Origin: the human T2T-CHM13v2.0 reference genome, Homo sapiens
DNA: 64,000 nucleotides
Reading direction: 5' to 3' (one strand)
NCBI RefSeq assembly: GCF_009914755.1
Contig: NC_060933.1
The position numbers and the translations under genes are program-made. Under the pieces are notes generated by a model. That model searched no databases, had not been told where the DNA came from, and saw only the letters and a list, made by a program, of their open reading frames with translations. This document shows, one piece after another, positions 31,143-42,853 of the stretch (its first letter is position 1; every line of letters begins with the position of its first letter).

Positions 31143-33509
31143 TACATTAGTCCATTTTCACAGTGCTATAAAGAACTACCTGAGAATGGGTAATTTATAA
31201 ATAAAAGAGGTTTAATTGACTCACAGTTCCATATGGCAGGAGAGGCCTCAGGAAACTTACAATCATGGCTGAAGGCTGAAGGCAAAGGGGAAGCAAGGCA
31301 CACCTTATAGGACAGCAGGAGAGAGAGAACAAGGGGAGAAGTGCCACACTTTTAAACCATCAATTCTTGTGAGAACTGACTCACTATCACAGGAATAACA
31401 TGGGGGAAATCCACACCCATGATCCAATCACCTCCCACTAGATACCTCCCCTGACACACGGGGATTACAATTCAACATGAGATTTGGGTGGGGACACATA
31501 GCCAAACCATATCATTCTTCCCCTGACCCCTCCCAAATCTCATGACCTTCTCACACTGTGAGATCAATCATTCCTTCATGACAGTCCCCGAAGTCTTAAC
31601 TCATTCCAGCATTAACTCAAAAGTCCAAGTTCAAAGTCTCATCTGAGATAAGGCAAGTCCCTTCCACATAAGGAAGGTCCCTTCCATCTAGAAGCCTATA
31701 AAATCAAAAACAAATTAGTTACTTCCAAGATACAATGGAGGTACAGGCATTGGGTAAATGCTCCCATTCCAAAAGGGAAAAAGTGCCCAAAACAAAGAGG
31801 CTACAAACCCCAGGCAACTCCAAAACCCAGCAAGGCAGTCACTAAATCTTAAAGCTTCAAAATAATCTCCACTGACTTCGTGTCTCACATCTAGGGCATG
31901 CTGATGCAAGGGCTGGGCTCCCAAGGCCTTGGGCAGCTCTGCCCCTGTGGCTCTGCAAGGTAGAGCCGCCACAGCTGCTTTCACGGGCTGGTGTTGAGTG
32001 TCTGCAGCTTTTCCTGGTGTACAGTGCAAGGTGTCACTGGAGGACGATGGCCCTCTTCTCACAGCTCCACTAGGCAGTGCCCCAGTGGGGATTCTGTGTA
32101 GGGGCTCCAACCCATTTACCTCCTGCACTGCCCTAGTAGAGGTTCTCCATGTGGCCTCCACCCTTCCAGCAGACTTCTGCCTGGACATCCAGGCATTTCC
32201 ACACATCCTCTGAAATCTAGGCAGAGGTTCCCAAACCTCAATTCTTGCCTTCTGCACACCCACAGGTCCAACACCACGTGGAAGTCACCATGGCTTGGGG
32301 CTTGAACCCTCTGAAGCCATGGCCCAAGCTGTACCTTGGCCCCTTTTAGCCATGGCTGGAGCTGAAGTGGGTGGGGCTGGAGATGGAGCAGCTGGGACAC
32401 AGGGTGCCATGTCTTAAGGCTGCACAAAGCAGCAGGGTCCTGGGCCTGGCCCCTGAAACCATTTTTCCCTCCTAGGCCTCCAGGCCAGTGATGGGAGGGG
32501 CTACTGTGAAGGTCTCTGATATAACCCTGGGGGCATTTTCCCTAATGTCTTGGCTATTAACATTTCACTCCTCTTTACTAATGCAAATTTCTGCAGCCAG
32601 CTTCAATTCCTCCCCAGAAAATGGGTTTTTCTTTTCTACGACATGGTCAGGCTGCAAATTTTCCAAGTGTTTATGCTCTGCTTCCCTTTTAAACATAAGT
32701 TCGAATTTCAGAACATCTCTTTGTGAATGCATATGACTGTATGCTGCTAGAAACATCCAAGTCAAATCTTGAATGCTCTTTGCTTAGAAATTTCTTCCAC
32801 CATATACCCTAAATCACCTCTCTCAAGTTCAAAGTTCCACAAATCTCTAGGGCAGGGGTAAAATGCCACCAGCCTTTTTGCTAAATTATAGCAAGAGTGA
32901 CCTTTACTCCAGTTCCCAATAAGTTCCTCTTCTCCATCTGAGACCACCTGTCTGGACTTCACTGTCCATATCACTATCAACATTTTTGTCAAAACCATAC
33001 AATAAGTCTTGAGGAACTCACAAACTTCAACATCTTCCTGTATTCTTCTGAGTCCTCTGAACTGTTCCAACCTCTGCCTGGTACCCCGTTCCAAAGTTAC
33101 TTCCACATTTTCAGGTATCTTTACAGCAGTGCCACACTACCAGTACCAATTTTCTATGTTAGTCTGTTTTTGCACTGCAATGAAGAACTACCTGAGTCTG
33201 GATAATTTATAAAGAAAAGAAATTTAACTGACTCACAGTTCTGCATGGTTGAAGAGGACTCAGGAAACTTACAATCATGGCAGAGAGAGAAGCAAGGCAC
33301 ATCTCACATGGCAGCAGGAGAGACAGCACAAAGGAGGACCTGCCACACTTTTAAAACTTCAGATCTCATGAGAACTCACTATCACAAGGCCCGCATAGGG
33401 GAAATCCGTCCCCATGATCCAATCAACACCCACCAGGTCCCTCCCCTGACATGTGGGAATTACAATTTGACATGAGATTTGGGTGAGGACATAGAGCCAA
33501 ACCCTATCA
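31143..33509 (-). mobile_element. Complete THE1 (THE1D-like) MaLR: LTR 31143-31514, internal region, LTR 33155-33509
   Basis: Two homologous LTRs ('attagtccattttcac…aggaaacttacaatcatgg…gccaaacc(a/c)tatca'); about 1.6-kb internal region; 5-bp TSD AGTAG at 31138-31142 and 33510-33514. Confidence 0.93.
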
Positions 33510-34032
33510 AGTAGCTTCCATCTCAAAGAAACCACTTTTGTTGTTCATCCATTAGAAGCAACTCCTCATCTGTTCAAGTTTTATCATGAGATTGCCGAAA
33601 TTCAGTCATATCTTCAGGTTCTACTTCAAATTCTACCTCTTTTAGTACACCTACCATATCTGCGGTCATTTCCTCCACTGAAGTCTTCAACCCCTCAAAG
33701 TCATCAAATTCTTCCAAAATCCTGTTCATGTTGATATTTTGACCCCCTCCCATGAATCACAAATGTTCATAATGGCATCTAGAATAGTATATCTTTTCCA
33801 GAGGTTTTCAATTTACTTTACCCAGTTCTATCAGAAGAATCACTATCTATGGCAGCTGTTGCTTTATGAAATATATTTCTTATATAATAGTAAGTGAAAG
33901 TCAAAAATTACTCCTTGACCCATGAGCTGTAGAATGGGTGTTGTGTTGCCAGGCAAGAAAATAGTATCAATCTCCTCATACATTCCCATCACAGCTCTTC
34001 TGTAACCAGGCACATGGTCAATGAGCAGTAAT

Positions 34033-34329
34033 TTTTTTTTTTTTTTTTTTTTTGAGACGGAGTCTTGCTCTGTCGCCCAGGCCGGACTGCGGACCGCAGT
34101 GGCGCAATCTCGGCTCACTGAAAGCTCCGCTTCCCAGGTTCACGCCATTCTCCTGCCTCAGCCTCCCGAGTAGCTGGGACTACAGGCGCCCGCCACCGCG
34201 CCCGGCTAATTTTTTGTATTTTTAGTAGAGATGGGGTTTCACCTTGTTAGCCAGGATGGTCTCGATCTCCTGACCTCATGATCCACCCGCCTCGGCCTCT
34301 CAAAGTGCTGGGATTACAGGCGTGAGCCA
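34033..34329 (-). mobile_element. AluYb8 SINE (human-specific), about 12 nt 5'-truncated
   Basis: 7-bp duplication 'gccggactgcggaccgcagtgg' plus Yb8 diagnostics 'caccttgttagcc', 'gacctcatgatccacccg', 'ctccgcttccc'; TSD GAGCAGTAAT at 34023 and 34330. Confidence 0.93.
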
Positions 34330-35286
34330 GAGCAGTAATATTTTTAAAGGAGTCTTTTTTTTCTGAGCAGTAGGGCTCAACAGTGGGTTTAAACTATTCA
34401 GTAAGCCATGCAGTAAACAGATGTGTTGTCATCCAAGCTTTGCTCTTCCACTTCTACACTACAAGCAGAGTAAAATTAGCATAATTCTTAAGGAACCTAG
34501 GATTTTCAGAATGGTAAATGAGCAGTGGCCCTTAACAAGAAAGCCATCCTGTCCTTTGAAGATTTGAAGCTAGGCATTGACTCCTCATCCTGGATGGTAT
34601 CTTCACCATTAGAAAGCTGTTTGGTTTACATTGAAAATCTGTTGTTTAGTGTAGCCACCTTTCTCAATGATCTTAGCTAGAGCTTCTGGATAACTTGCTG
34701 CAGCTTCTACGTCAGCACTTGCTGCTTCACCTTGCACTTTCATATTATAAAGGTAGCTTCTTTCTTCAAATATCATGAAACAACCTGTGCTAGCTTCAAA
34801 CATTTCTTCTGCAGTTTCCTCACTCCTCTCAGCCTTCAAAGAATTGAAGAGATTTAGGGCCTTGCTCTGGATTAGGCTTTGGCTCAAGGGAAAATTGTGG
34901 CTGGTTTGATCTACCCAGACCACTAAACTTTCTCCATATTAGCAATAACCCTGTGTCGCTTTCTTAACATTCGACTGTTCACTGAAGGAGCACATTTAGT
35001 TTCCTGCAAGAAATTTTCCTTCACACTCACAAGCTGGCTAACTACTTGGTACAAGAGGCCTAACTTTTGACCTAACTCACCCAGCTTTTGACATGCTTTC
35101 CTCACAGCACTTAATCATTTCTAGCTTTTAATTTAAAGTGACAGACATGCAGCTCTTCCTTTCACTGGAATACACAGTTCAAGTCTTACATGGGTATGGC
35201 TTATGGTGCCCCCAAAACAGTTACAATAGTATCTTCAAAGATCACTAGTCACATTCCCATAACATATATAAGAATAATGAAAAACT

Positions 35287-35575
35287 GGCCAGGTGCAGTG
35301 GCTCATGCCTCTAATCCCAGCACTTTGGGAGGCCAAGAAGGGAGGATTGCTTGAGGTCAGGAGTTTGAGTCTACAGCGGGCTATGATCGTGCCGGTATAC
35401 TCCAACCTGGGCAGAAGAATGAGACCCTGTCCCAGAAAGAAGAAGAAGGAAAAGAAGGAGGAGAAGGAGAAGAGGAGGAGGAAGAGGAAGAGGAAGAGGA
35501 GGAGGACGGAGGAGGAAGGAGGAAGGAGGAGGAGGAGGATAAAAGGAAGGAAAAGGAGGAGGAGGAGGAAAAAAA
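35287..35575 (+). mobile_element. Alu monomer (FRAM/AluJ-deleted) with tail expanded into a (GGA/GAA)n purine repeat
   Basis: Alu body 35287-35433, then a purine-rich tract; GAAAAACT-like flanks. Confidence 0.85.
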
Positions 35576-35759
35576 CTGAAAACATTGCAAGAATTACCAA
35601 ATTATGGCATAAGAACACAAAGTGAGCATATGCTATTGGAAAAATGGTGCCAATAGACTTGCTTGATGCAAGGTTACCACAAACCTTCCATTTGTAAACA
35701 ATGCATTATCTGCAAAGCGTAATAAAGTGAAGCACAATAAAACAAGATATGCCCCTACA

Positions 35760-37385
35760 ACAGGGGAATCAAAACTGTGTAGTACTGTCCTAAAGACAGA
35801 CATATAAATAAACAGAACAGAATAGAGAACCCAGAAGTAAAGTCTTATAGATATGGACAAATGATCTTCAACAAGGATGCCAAGGCTACACAATGGGGAA
35901 AGGATAGTCTCTCCAACAAATGGTGCTGAGAAAACTGGATTTCCACATGCCAGAAAAAGAAGTTGGATTAAGACCAAAACATAACACTTTATAAAACTCC
36001 TAGAAGAAAACATAGGGGAAAACCTTCAGAATATCGGATTTGGGAGGGATTTCTTAAGCATGACAGCAAAAGTATAGGCAACGAAGCAAAAGTAGACTAA
36101 TGGGACTATATATACCACGCTCACAAACTTCCATGCAGGAAAAAAAATGAAATGAAAAGGCAACCTATGAAATGGGAATAAATATTTCCAAATCATCTAT
36201 TTGATAAGAGGTTGAACAGGACTTGAACAGACATTTCTCCAAAGAAAATATAGAAATGGCCAAGAGGCATATGAGAAGATGTTCAACATCACTAATTATC
36301 AGGGAATGCAAATGAAGCCACAATGAAGTACCATCTTTTCCACGTAGGATGGCCACTACTGAAAAAACAGAAAATAATAGGTGTTGACAAGGATGTAAAG
36401 AAATTAGAATCCTTGTGCACTGTCATTGGGGATACAAAATGGTAGAGCTGCTATGGAAAACACTATGAACATTCCTCAAAAATTAAAACTAGAATTACCA
36501 TAGGATTCAGCAATCCCATTTCTGGGTATATATCCATAGGAAATGCAATCAGTATCTCAAATAAATATTTGTACCCCCACGTTCAATGAAGCATTACTCA
36601 GTCGGGCATGGCTTATGCCTATAATCCCACCACTCTGGGAGGCCAAGGTTTGAGGACAGCTTGAGGCCAGGAGTTTGAGACCAATCTAGGCAACAAAGTA
36701 AGAACCTGTCTTTAAAAAAAATTAAAAATTAGCCAACGTGGTGGCGCACATCTGTAGTCCTAGCTACAGGCTAGGCTATAGCTGAGGCTGAGGTAGAAGG
36801 GCCATTTGAACACAGGAGCTCGAGGTTACAGAAAGCCATGATCACGCCACTGCAATCCAGCCTGGGTGACACAGCAAGACCTATCTCTACAAAAAAAAAA
36901 AAAAAAAAAAAAAAGCAGCAGCAGCATTATTGACAATAGCCAAGAGGTAGGAGGAGCAACCTAAAAGTTCATTGAAAGATAAATAAACAAAATGTGTTAT
37001 ATACATACAGTGGAATGTTATTGAGTCTTAAAGAAATTCTGTCATATACTATAAGAGTGAACCCTGAGGACACGCTAAGTGAAATAAATCAGTCATAAAA
37101 AGACAAATACCACATGATCCCACTTACATGAGGCATTTACAGTGGTCAAACTCACAGAAACACAAAGTAGAATGGTGGCTGCCTGAGGCCTGGGGTGAAG
37201 GGGAGGGGATCCATTGTTAGATGGGTACAGAGTTGTAATCACACAGGGTGGGTGGAAGGAGTTCTGGGAAACTGTTTCATAGCAACATGCATGTGGTTGG
37301 CAAAAGTATACTGTACATTTGGAAACTATTGGAGGGTGAGTTTTATGTTATGTGTAAAAGTTTTTTTGCCACAATAAAAACAATT
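35760..37385 (+). mobile_element. L1MA/L1MB ORF2-end plus 3'UTR with nested AluJ
   Basis: 'caacaaatggtgctgagaaaactgg', 'aaactcctagaagaaaacatagggg', 'cttgaacagacatttctccaaagaa'. Confidence 0.88.
36600..36914 (+). mobile_element. AluJ SINE
   Basis: Diverged dimer with long poly-A. Confidence 0.9.
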
Positions 37386-37526
37386 AGTACACAGGAATAT
37401 ATTACCTATATACAAAGTATTATTTAACAACCTTGTATTTTAGTCATACATCTTTAACCGTATTAGATTTAAATCAGCCCGAGCAGCAAATCTATTTGTT
37501 AAACATTCATATTCAATTATGAAAGG

Positions 37527-37833
37527 GGACCAGGTCCAGTGGCTCACATGTGTAATCCCAACACTTTGGGAGGTCAGGATGGGAGGATCCCTTGAAGACA
37601 GGAGTTCGAGACTAGCCTGGGAAATAAAGTAAGACCCAGTCTCTACCAAAAAAAAAAAAAAAAAAAAAAATTAAAAATTAGCATCTCCAGTCCCAGCTAC
37701 GAGAAAGACTGAGGCAGAAGGATCACTTGAGCTCAAGTGTTTCAATGCTGCAGTGAGCTATGATCGTGCCACTGCACCCTAGCCTGGGCAGCACAGCAAG
37801 ATCTCATCTCTAAAAAAACAGTCATAAAAAAAG
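37527..37833 (+). mobile_element. AluJ SINE
   Basis: Diverged dimer; TSD AATTATGAAAGGG. Confidence 0.9.
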
Positions 37834-38097
37834 AAATTATGAAAGGGACAAGATTGAGATTATTTTCATATTCAACATATATTAAGCTAATATTATTTCC
37901 AGATGATTTTTATTTCTCTGACCTCTTCCAGAACATGAACTCCCAACACACAGGAACGTAGGAGTTTATCAAAATGCTTCCAAAGACACAGATTGTAAAA
38001 AGAGAGAATACAATGTTGCTTGATACAAATATAACACAATCTACACATGTAATTTAAAGTTTTCCCATTGCCACTTAAAAAATAAATAAATAAATAA

Positions 38098-38352
38098 AGG
38101 CAGGAAGATGGCTTGAGGCCCAGAGTTTGAAACCAGCCTGGGCAATACAGTGAGGCACTGTTTCAGCAAAAAAATTTTAAACTTAGCTGGCACATGTCGT
38201 GGCACATGCCTGTAGTCCTAGCTACTCAGGAGACCAAGGCAGGAGGATTGCTTAAGCCCAAGAGGTTGAAGGCTGCAGTGAGCTCTGATCACACCACTGC
38301 ACTCTGGTATGGGCAACAGAGCAAGAACCTATCACTTAAAAAAAAAAAAAAA
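38098..38352 (+). mobile_element. 5'-truncated AluJ
   Basis: Alu body plus poly-A. Confidence 0.88.
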
Positions 38353-38357
38353 TCTAC

Positions 38358-38885
38358 TGTATGGTAGACGAACCTGTGTATGGTAGACACACCTGACAGT
38401 GATAACTTAAGCATACCTGCGAATGACCCTGTATGGCAGATGCACCTGAATGTGCATTTAGAGTTCCAAGCTAAGGAATCCAGGAGAGGCCAACCCGGAG
38501 ATCCATTCCTTAACTATGAGGAACATCCAAGTCTTTACCCTCTCTCACTCCCATCCTGTCCCGTGGAACAGGCAGGGGCCATACAGGGGATCGAGGCTCT
38601 TTGTTTCGGGTTGAACGAAGGTTGCCAGGTGGAGACTGTTAGAGGAGGGTGCTAAGTAAAAATGCTACATAAACTGCGTGCCTTCTGCAAGCAGTTGCAG
38701 TTCTTCTGCCCAGCCTGCTGCCATTGGCCTGTGCAGTTACCCTGTCCAGCCTGCTGCCACTGGATTCTTCCCCGTATATAAGGCCCAGAAACACCCCATG
38801 TCTTGTTTGCTGGCTCTGGGTCTCTTCTTTGGCCTCTTGAATCTGGTGCCATCCCCACTGGAGTCAATAGGAGTTTGGCACAACA
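38358..38885 (+). mobile_element. Solo ERVL LTR (LTR47-like)
   Basis: TG…CA ends; 'gcagatgcacctgaatgtg', 'ggccaacccggagat', TATATAA near 38775, 'tggtgccatccccactggagtcaatagg'. Confidence 0.7.
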
Positions 38886-38991
38886 GATACTGGTGACATT
38901 AACATAATATTTTATTTAATATACCAAAAATAGTTCCACTTTGTAGTGAATATTAAAAATTGAGATGTGTTATATTCTTGTACTCATATAC

Positions 38992-39124
38992 TTTTTTTTT
39001 TCCTGTAGAGATGAGGTCTTACCATGTTGCCCAGGCTGGTTTCAAACTCCTGGGCTCAAGTGATCTACCTGCCTCAACCTCCTAAAGTGCTGGAATTACA
39101 GGTGTGAGCTACCATGCCCGGCCC
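38992..39124 (-). mobile_element. FLAM_C / Alu left monomer
   Basis: Reverse monomer. Confidence 0.88.
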
Positions 39125-39151
39125 TCATACTGTCTTTAAAATTTGATACAT

Positions 39152-39762
<611 letters not shown>

Positions 39763-40615
39763 GTTGGTACACATTTTACACCTATAGCACATCTCAATTC
39801 AGATGCTAAATTTTCATTTGACTACTTGACTTGTATCTAGAGTCCAAAAAAACTTTACAGTTGAAAAGGTAGATTCACATACCCAAGTTGCTCTAAACAT
39901 ATTTACAATTTTCCATTAATTGAATCAAGCCTCTTGTTTAAGTTTAAAATTAAATGAAATTTAGAATTCAATTCTCTAGTCTAACCACATTTCAAGTACT
40001 CAACAGTCAAATTTGCCTAGTGACTGCCATATTGGACAGCATATGTCTAACAGGAACAGGAAAAAGCATCTATCTCATCAGTTGGCTCTATCTTCTCCAG
40101 TTCTCTGACATTGCGTTTATGATGGCTCTCGTAGTATCTAACTGGTACAGGCTGAGATTAACCTCCTCCGCAAGGAAGACATTTTTGTTCTCTGAAAAGC
40201 CATCAGCATTTGGAGTCTGAACAATGGTAAATGAAAATATTTTAAGTTTTCCAGGGGGGTGCTAAATACAGATTACATTTGACATCCCATTGGAGTACAT
40301 ACAGTAAATGGATTTTAATTGTAATAATTAATTATTGGAAACACCAAGGGTAAAACCTGCTTACCCTAATTATGTGAAATTGTTCTAAAATCCATTTGGA
40401 ATGGCCCTGTTAAGAGTAAGATTGAAGAAAAGTCATCCCCTGTCCCAGGTGTAATCTCTTCTGCGGGCTCTGGGCAGCAGGCTGATAAAAAGGCAGCAAG
40501 GAGCTGCAAAAAGAATAAACTACTCACCTGAATGCCTTTGAAAGATTGATGGGCAATATTTGTTGGGAATTTCAATATTCTCAAACTTACCAAAACACAT
40601 ATTTTGCTCAAAGAT

Positions 40616-40905
40616 TTTTTTTTTTTTTCCAAACAGGGTCTCACTGTGTCAGCCAGGCTAGAGTGCAGTGGCACCATCACTGCATCCTCGACCTCCCCCG
40701 GCTCAGCTGATCCTCCCACTTTTGCCTCCCAAGTAGCTAGGACTACAGCCATGCATCTCCATACCCGGCTAATTTTAGTATTTTTTGTAGAGAGGGGGTT
40801 TCACCATGTTGCCCAGGTGGGTCCCGAACTCCTGGGCTCAAGCAATCCACACACCCGGGCCTGCCAAAGTGCTGGGGTTACAGGCATTAGCCATCACGCC
40901 CTGCC
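40616..40905 (-). mobile_element. AluJb-like SINE
   Basis: Reverse dimer; TCAAAGAT on both sides. Confidence 0.92.
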
Positions 40906-41214
40906 TCAAAGATATTAACAAAAATAACAATAATAATAAAATGAGGCATTAGGAATAGTGCCTTCATTTGACAAGGCACAGGCCACTCAAATCACTGATT
41001 AAATTATAAGATTCCTTGGCAACATCAGAATGAGAAAAGCCAAGTAGCTATAATTTGTGTGAGCCAAAACACTGGACACAAAGATAAAAATGACATCAGG
41101 CTTTGCTTTCTCTACAAAGAAACACCAACAATTGTTGGTAACAATCTCTGTTACCAACCCAGCATGGTTTATAACAACAACAACGACTAACTCAAATAGT
41201 TCCTACTAATAATA

Positions 41215-41470
41215 TTAGTAGTAATAATAATAGCTAACACATATATGCCATTTACTCCGTGCCAGAACTGTCCTAAGCATTTTACGTAGTTAACTCGTTT
41301 AATCTGCCCAACAACTCTAGAAAGCAGGTACTTTATGCGATCCATTCTGAAGATGAAGAAAGTATGGAAATGACAGTTAATGAACAAAGGTCACACAGGC
41401 GACTGGCGGAAGACCTAAGGTTTGAACCTAAACAGTCTGGCTCCAAATGGCATGCTTTTAACCACTACGC
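41215..41470 (-). mobile_element. MIR SINE
   Basis: 'ataataatagctaacaca…gtgccagaactgtcctaagcattttac…aaggtcacacag…cagtctggctcca'. Confidence 0.8.
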
Positions 41471-42227
41471 TGTACAGCCAAGACTATCAAATTCACCTTG
41501 GCTGGTCTGAGAATTATAAAGACCACTACCTACTAAGACCTTTTAATCCCACCCTGACAGAAATACAAATACATGAAAACTTCTTTCCACATTTACTCAC
41601 CAAAGATCTTTGCGCAGTGATCCATTCACTGTGACCACCATCTCTCTTCTTAGCACATGCGTGTAGAAAATCTAGTTCCAAAATGGAGTCAATCCAACCA
41701 AATTAGGAAATTCCTATTCTACTCCCCTCTGCACCTCAAGAATTTCATACAACTGAATGTTGATCTCAACAGAAATCTTGTGGCTCATCACTCATCTACA
41801 AGAACTGCTAACTAAGGAATTGCTTCTAATATCATGAACTCCAAACCCACTTCAATAATGGGGGCATGGACACACGCATTAAAATCTCACCTACAATTCA
41901 AAAACTCACAATCCCATCTTAGACAATAGTTCTAATCCCACGTAACAAGGTTGATAATGAATTGCCAACTATTTCTAGTTTCTCTACTCTTACTTGCCCC
42001 AAAAGCTCAAAGCACTTCATGAGAGAAGTGACTTACAAATAATAATGACAGAAGCACCCAAGTAAAAGGGGAAAAGTAAGGACCCAGATACACAGCCCTT
42101 CCTTCATCAGAGATGTGTATTTCACCCTGGCTTTCCACCCTATTGTTCTTATTGTACGATTCCCTCTTTTCTTGCACTTGGATTTCTTCCTTGGTGCCAT
42201 TCGTTTCACTGTGTGTGTGTGTTGTTG

Positions 42228-42488
42228 TTTTTTATTTTTGAGACAGGTCTTGCTTTGTCACCCAGGCTGGAATGCAGTGGCACAATCACAGCTCACCATA
42301 ACCTCGGCCTCCCAGACTCAAGTGATCCTCCCACCCCACGAGTAACTGGGACCACAAGCACACACCACCACCACATGACTAAATTTTTTTTTATAGACAG
42401 AGTCTCACTATGTTGCCCAGGCTAGTCTTGAACTTCCTCGGCCTCTTTAAAATGTTGGGATTACAGGCATGAGCCACTGTGCCCAGCT
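42228..42488 (-). mobile_element. AluJ SINE, partly deleted
   Basis: Reverse Alu. Confidence 0.88.
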
Positions 42489-42537
42489 GTGTGTATTTTT
42501 TAATATGATAAAGCTTGTTTAATATGTTACAAAGTCT

Positions 42538-42853
42538 TATTTATTTTATTTATTTAGTTTTTTAAGAGACAGGGTCTCACTCTGTTGTCCAGGCTGGACT
42601 GCAGTGGCATGATCATAGCTCACTATAACTACAACCTCCTGGGCTCAAGCAATCCTCCCACCTCAGCTTCCCAAGTAGCTAGGACTACAGGCATGTGCCA
42701 TCATGCCCAGCTAAATTTTTTTCATTTTTTTCTTGGTAGAAATGGGGTCTCACTACATTAACCAGGCTAGTCTCAAACTCCTGGCCTCAAGTAATCCTCC
42801 CACCTTAGCCTTCCAAAGACTGGGATTACAGGCGTGGGCCACAGCACCCAGCC
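42538..42853 (-). mobile_element. AluJ SINE
   Basis: Reverse dimer. Confidence 0.92.

Larger units (their letters stand above)
30571..35755 (-). mobile_element. Near-complete Tigger1 (pogo-family) DNA transposon, split by THE1D, AluYb8 and an Alu monomer
   Basis: Terminus CAGGCATACCTC at 30571; degenerate other terminus near 35745-35755; transposase remnants in ORFs 34609-35105 ([19 protein letters not shown]…[18 protein letters not shown]…[10 protein letters not shown]). Confidence 0.92.

Noticed and set aside
31715-32263. Longest ORF (182 aa)
   Set aside because: It lies wholly inside the THE1 internal region and is a MaLR ORF remnant.
34609-35105. TIGD1-like transposase ORFs
   Set aside because: They are fragmented pieces of a decayed, interrupted Tigger1, not a domesticated gene.
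35235-35625. Poly-K/R/E, poly-S and poly-L ORFs
   Set aside because: They are translations of the GA-rich Alu tail.
40521-40592. Strong minus-strand donors (CAG|GTGAGT at 40527, G|GTAAGT at 40590; others near 43037, 46432, 59698)
   Set aside because: No convincing paired acceptor, and isolated consensus donors are expected by chance in 64 kb.
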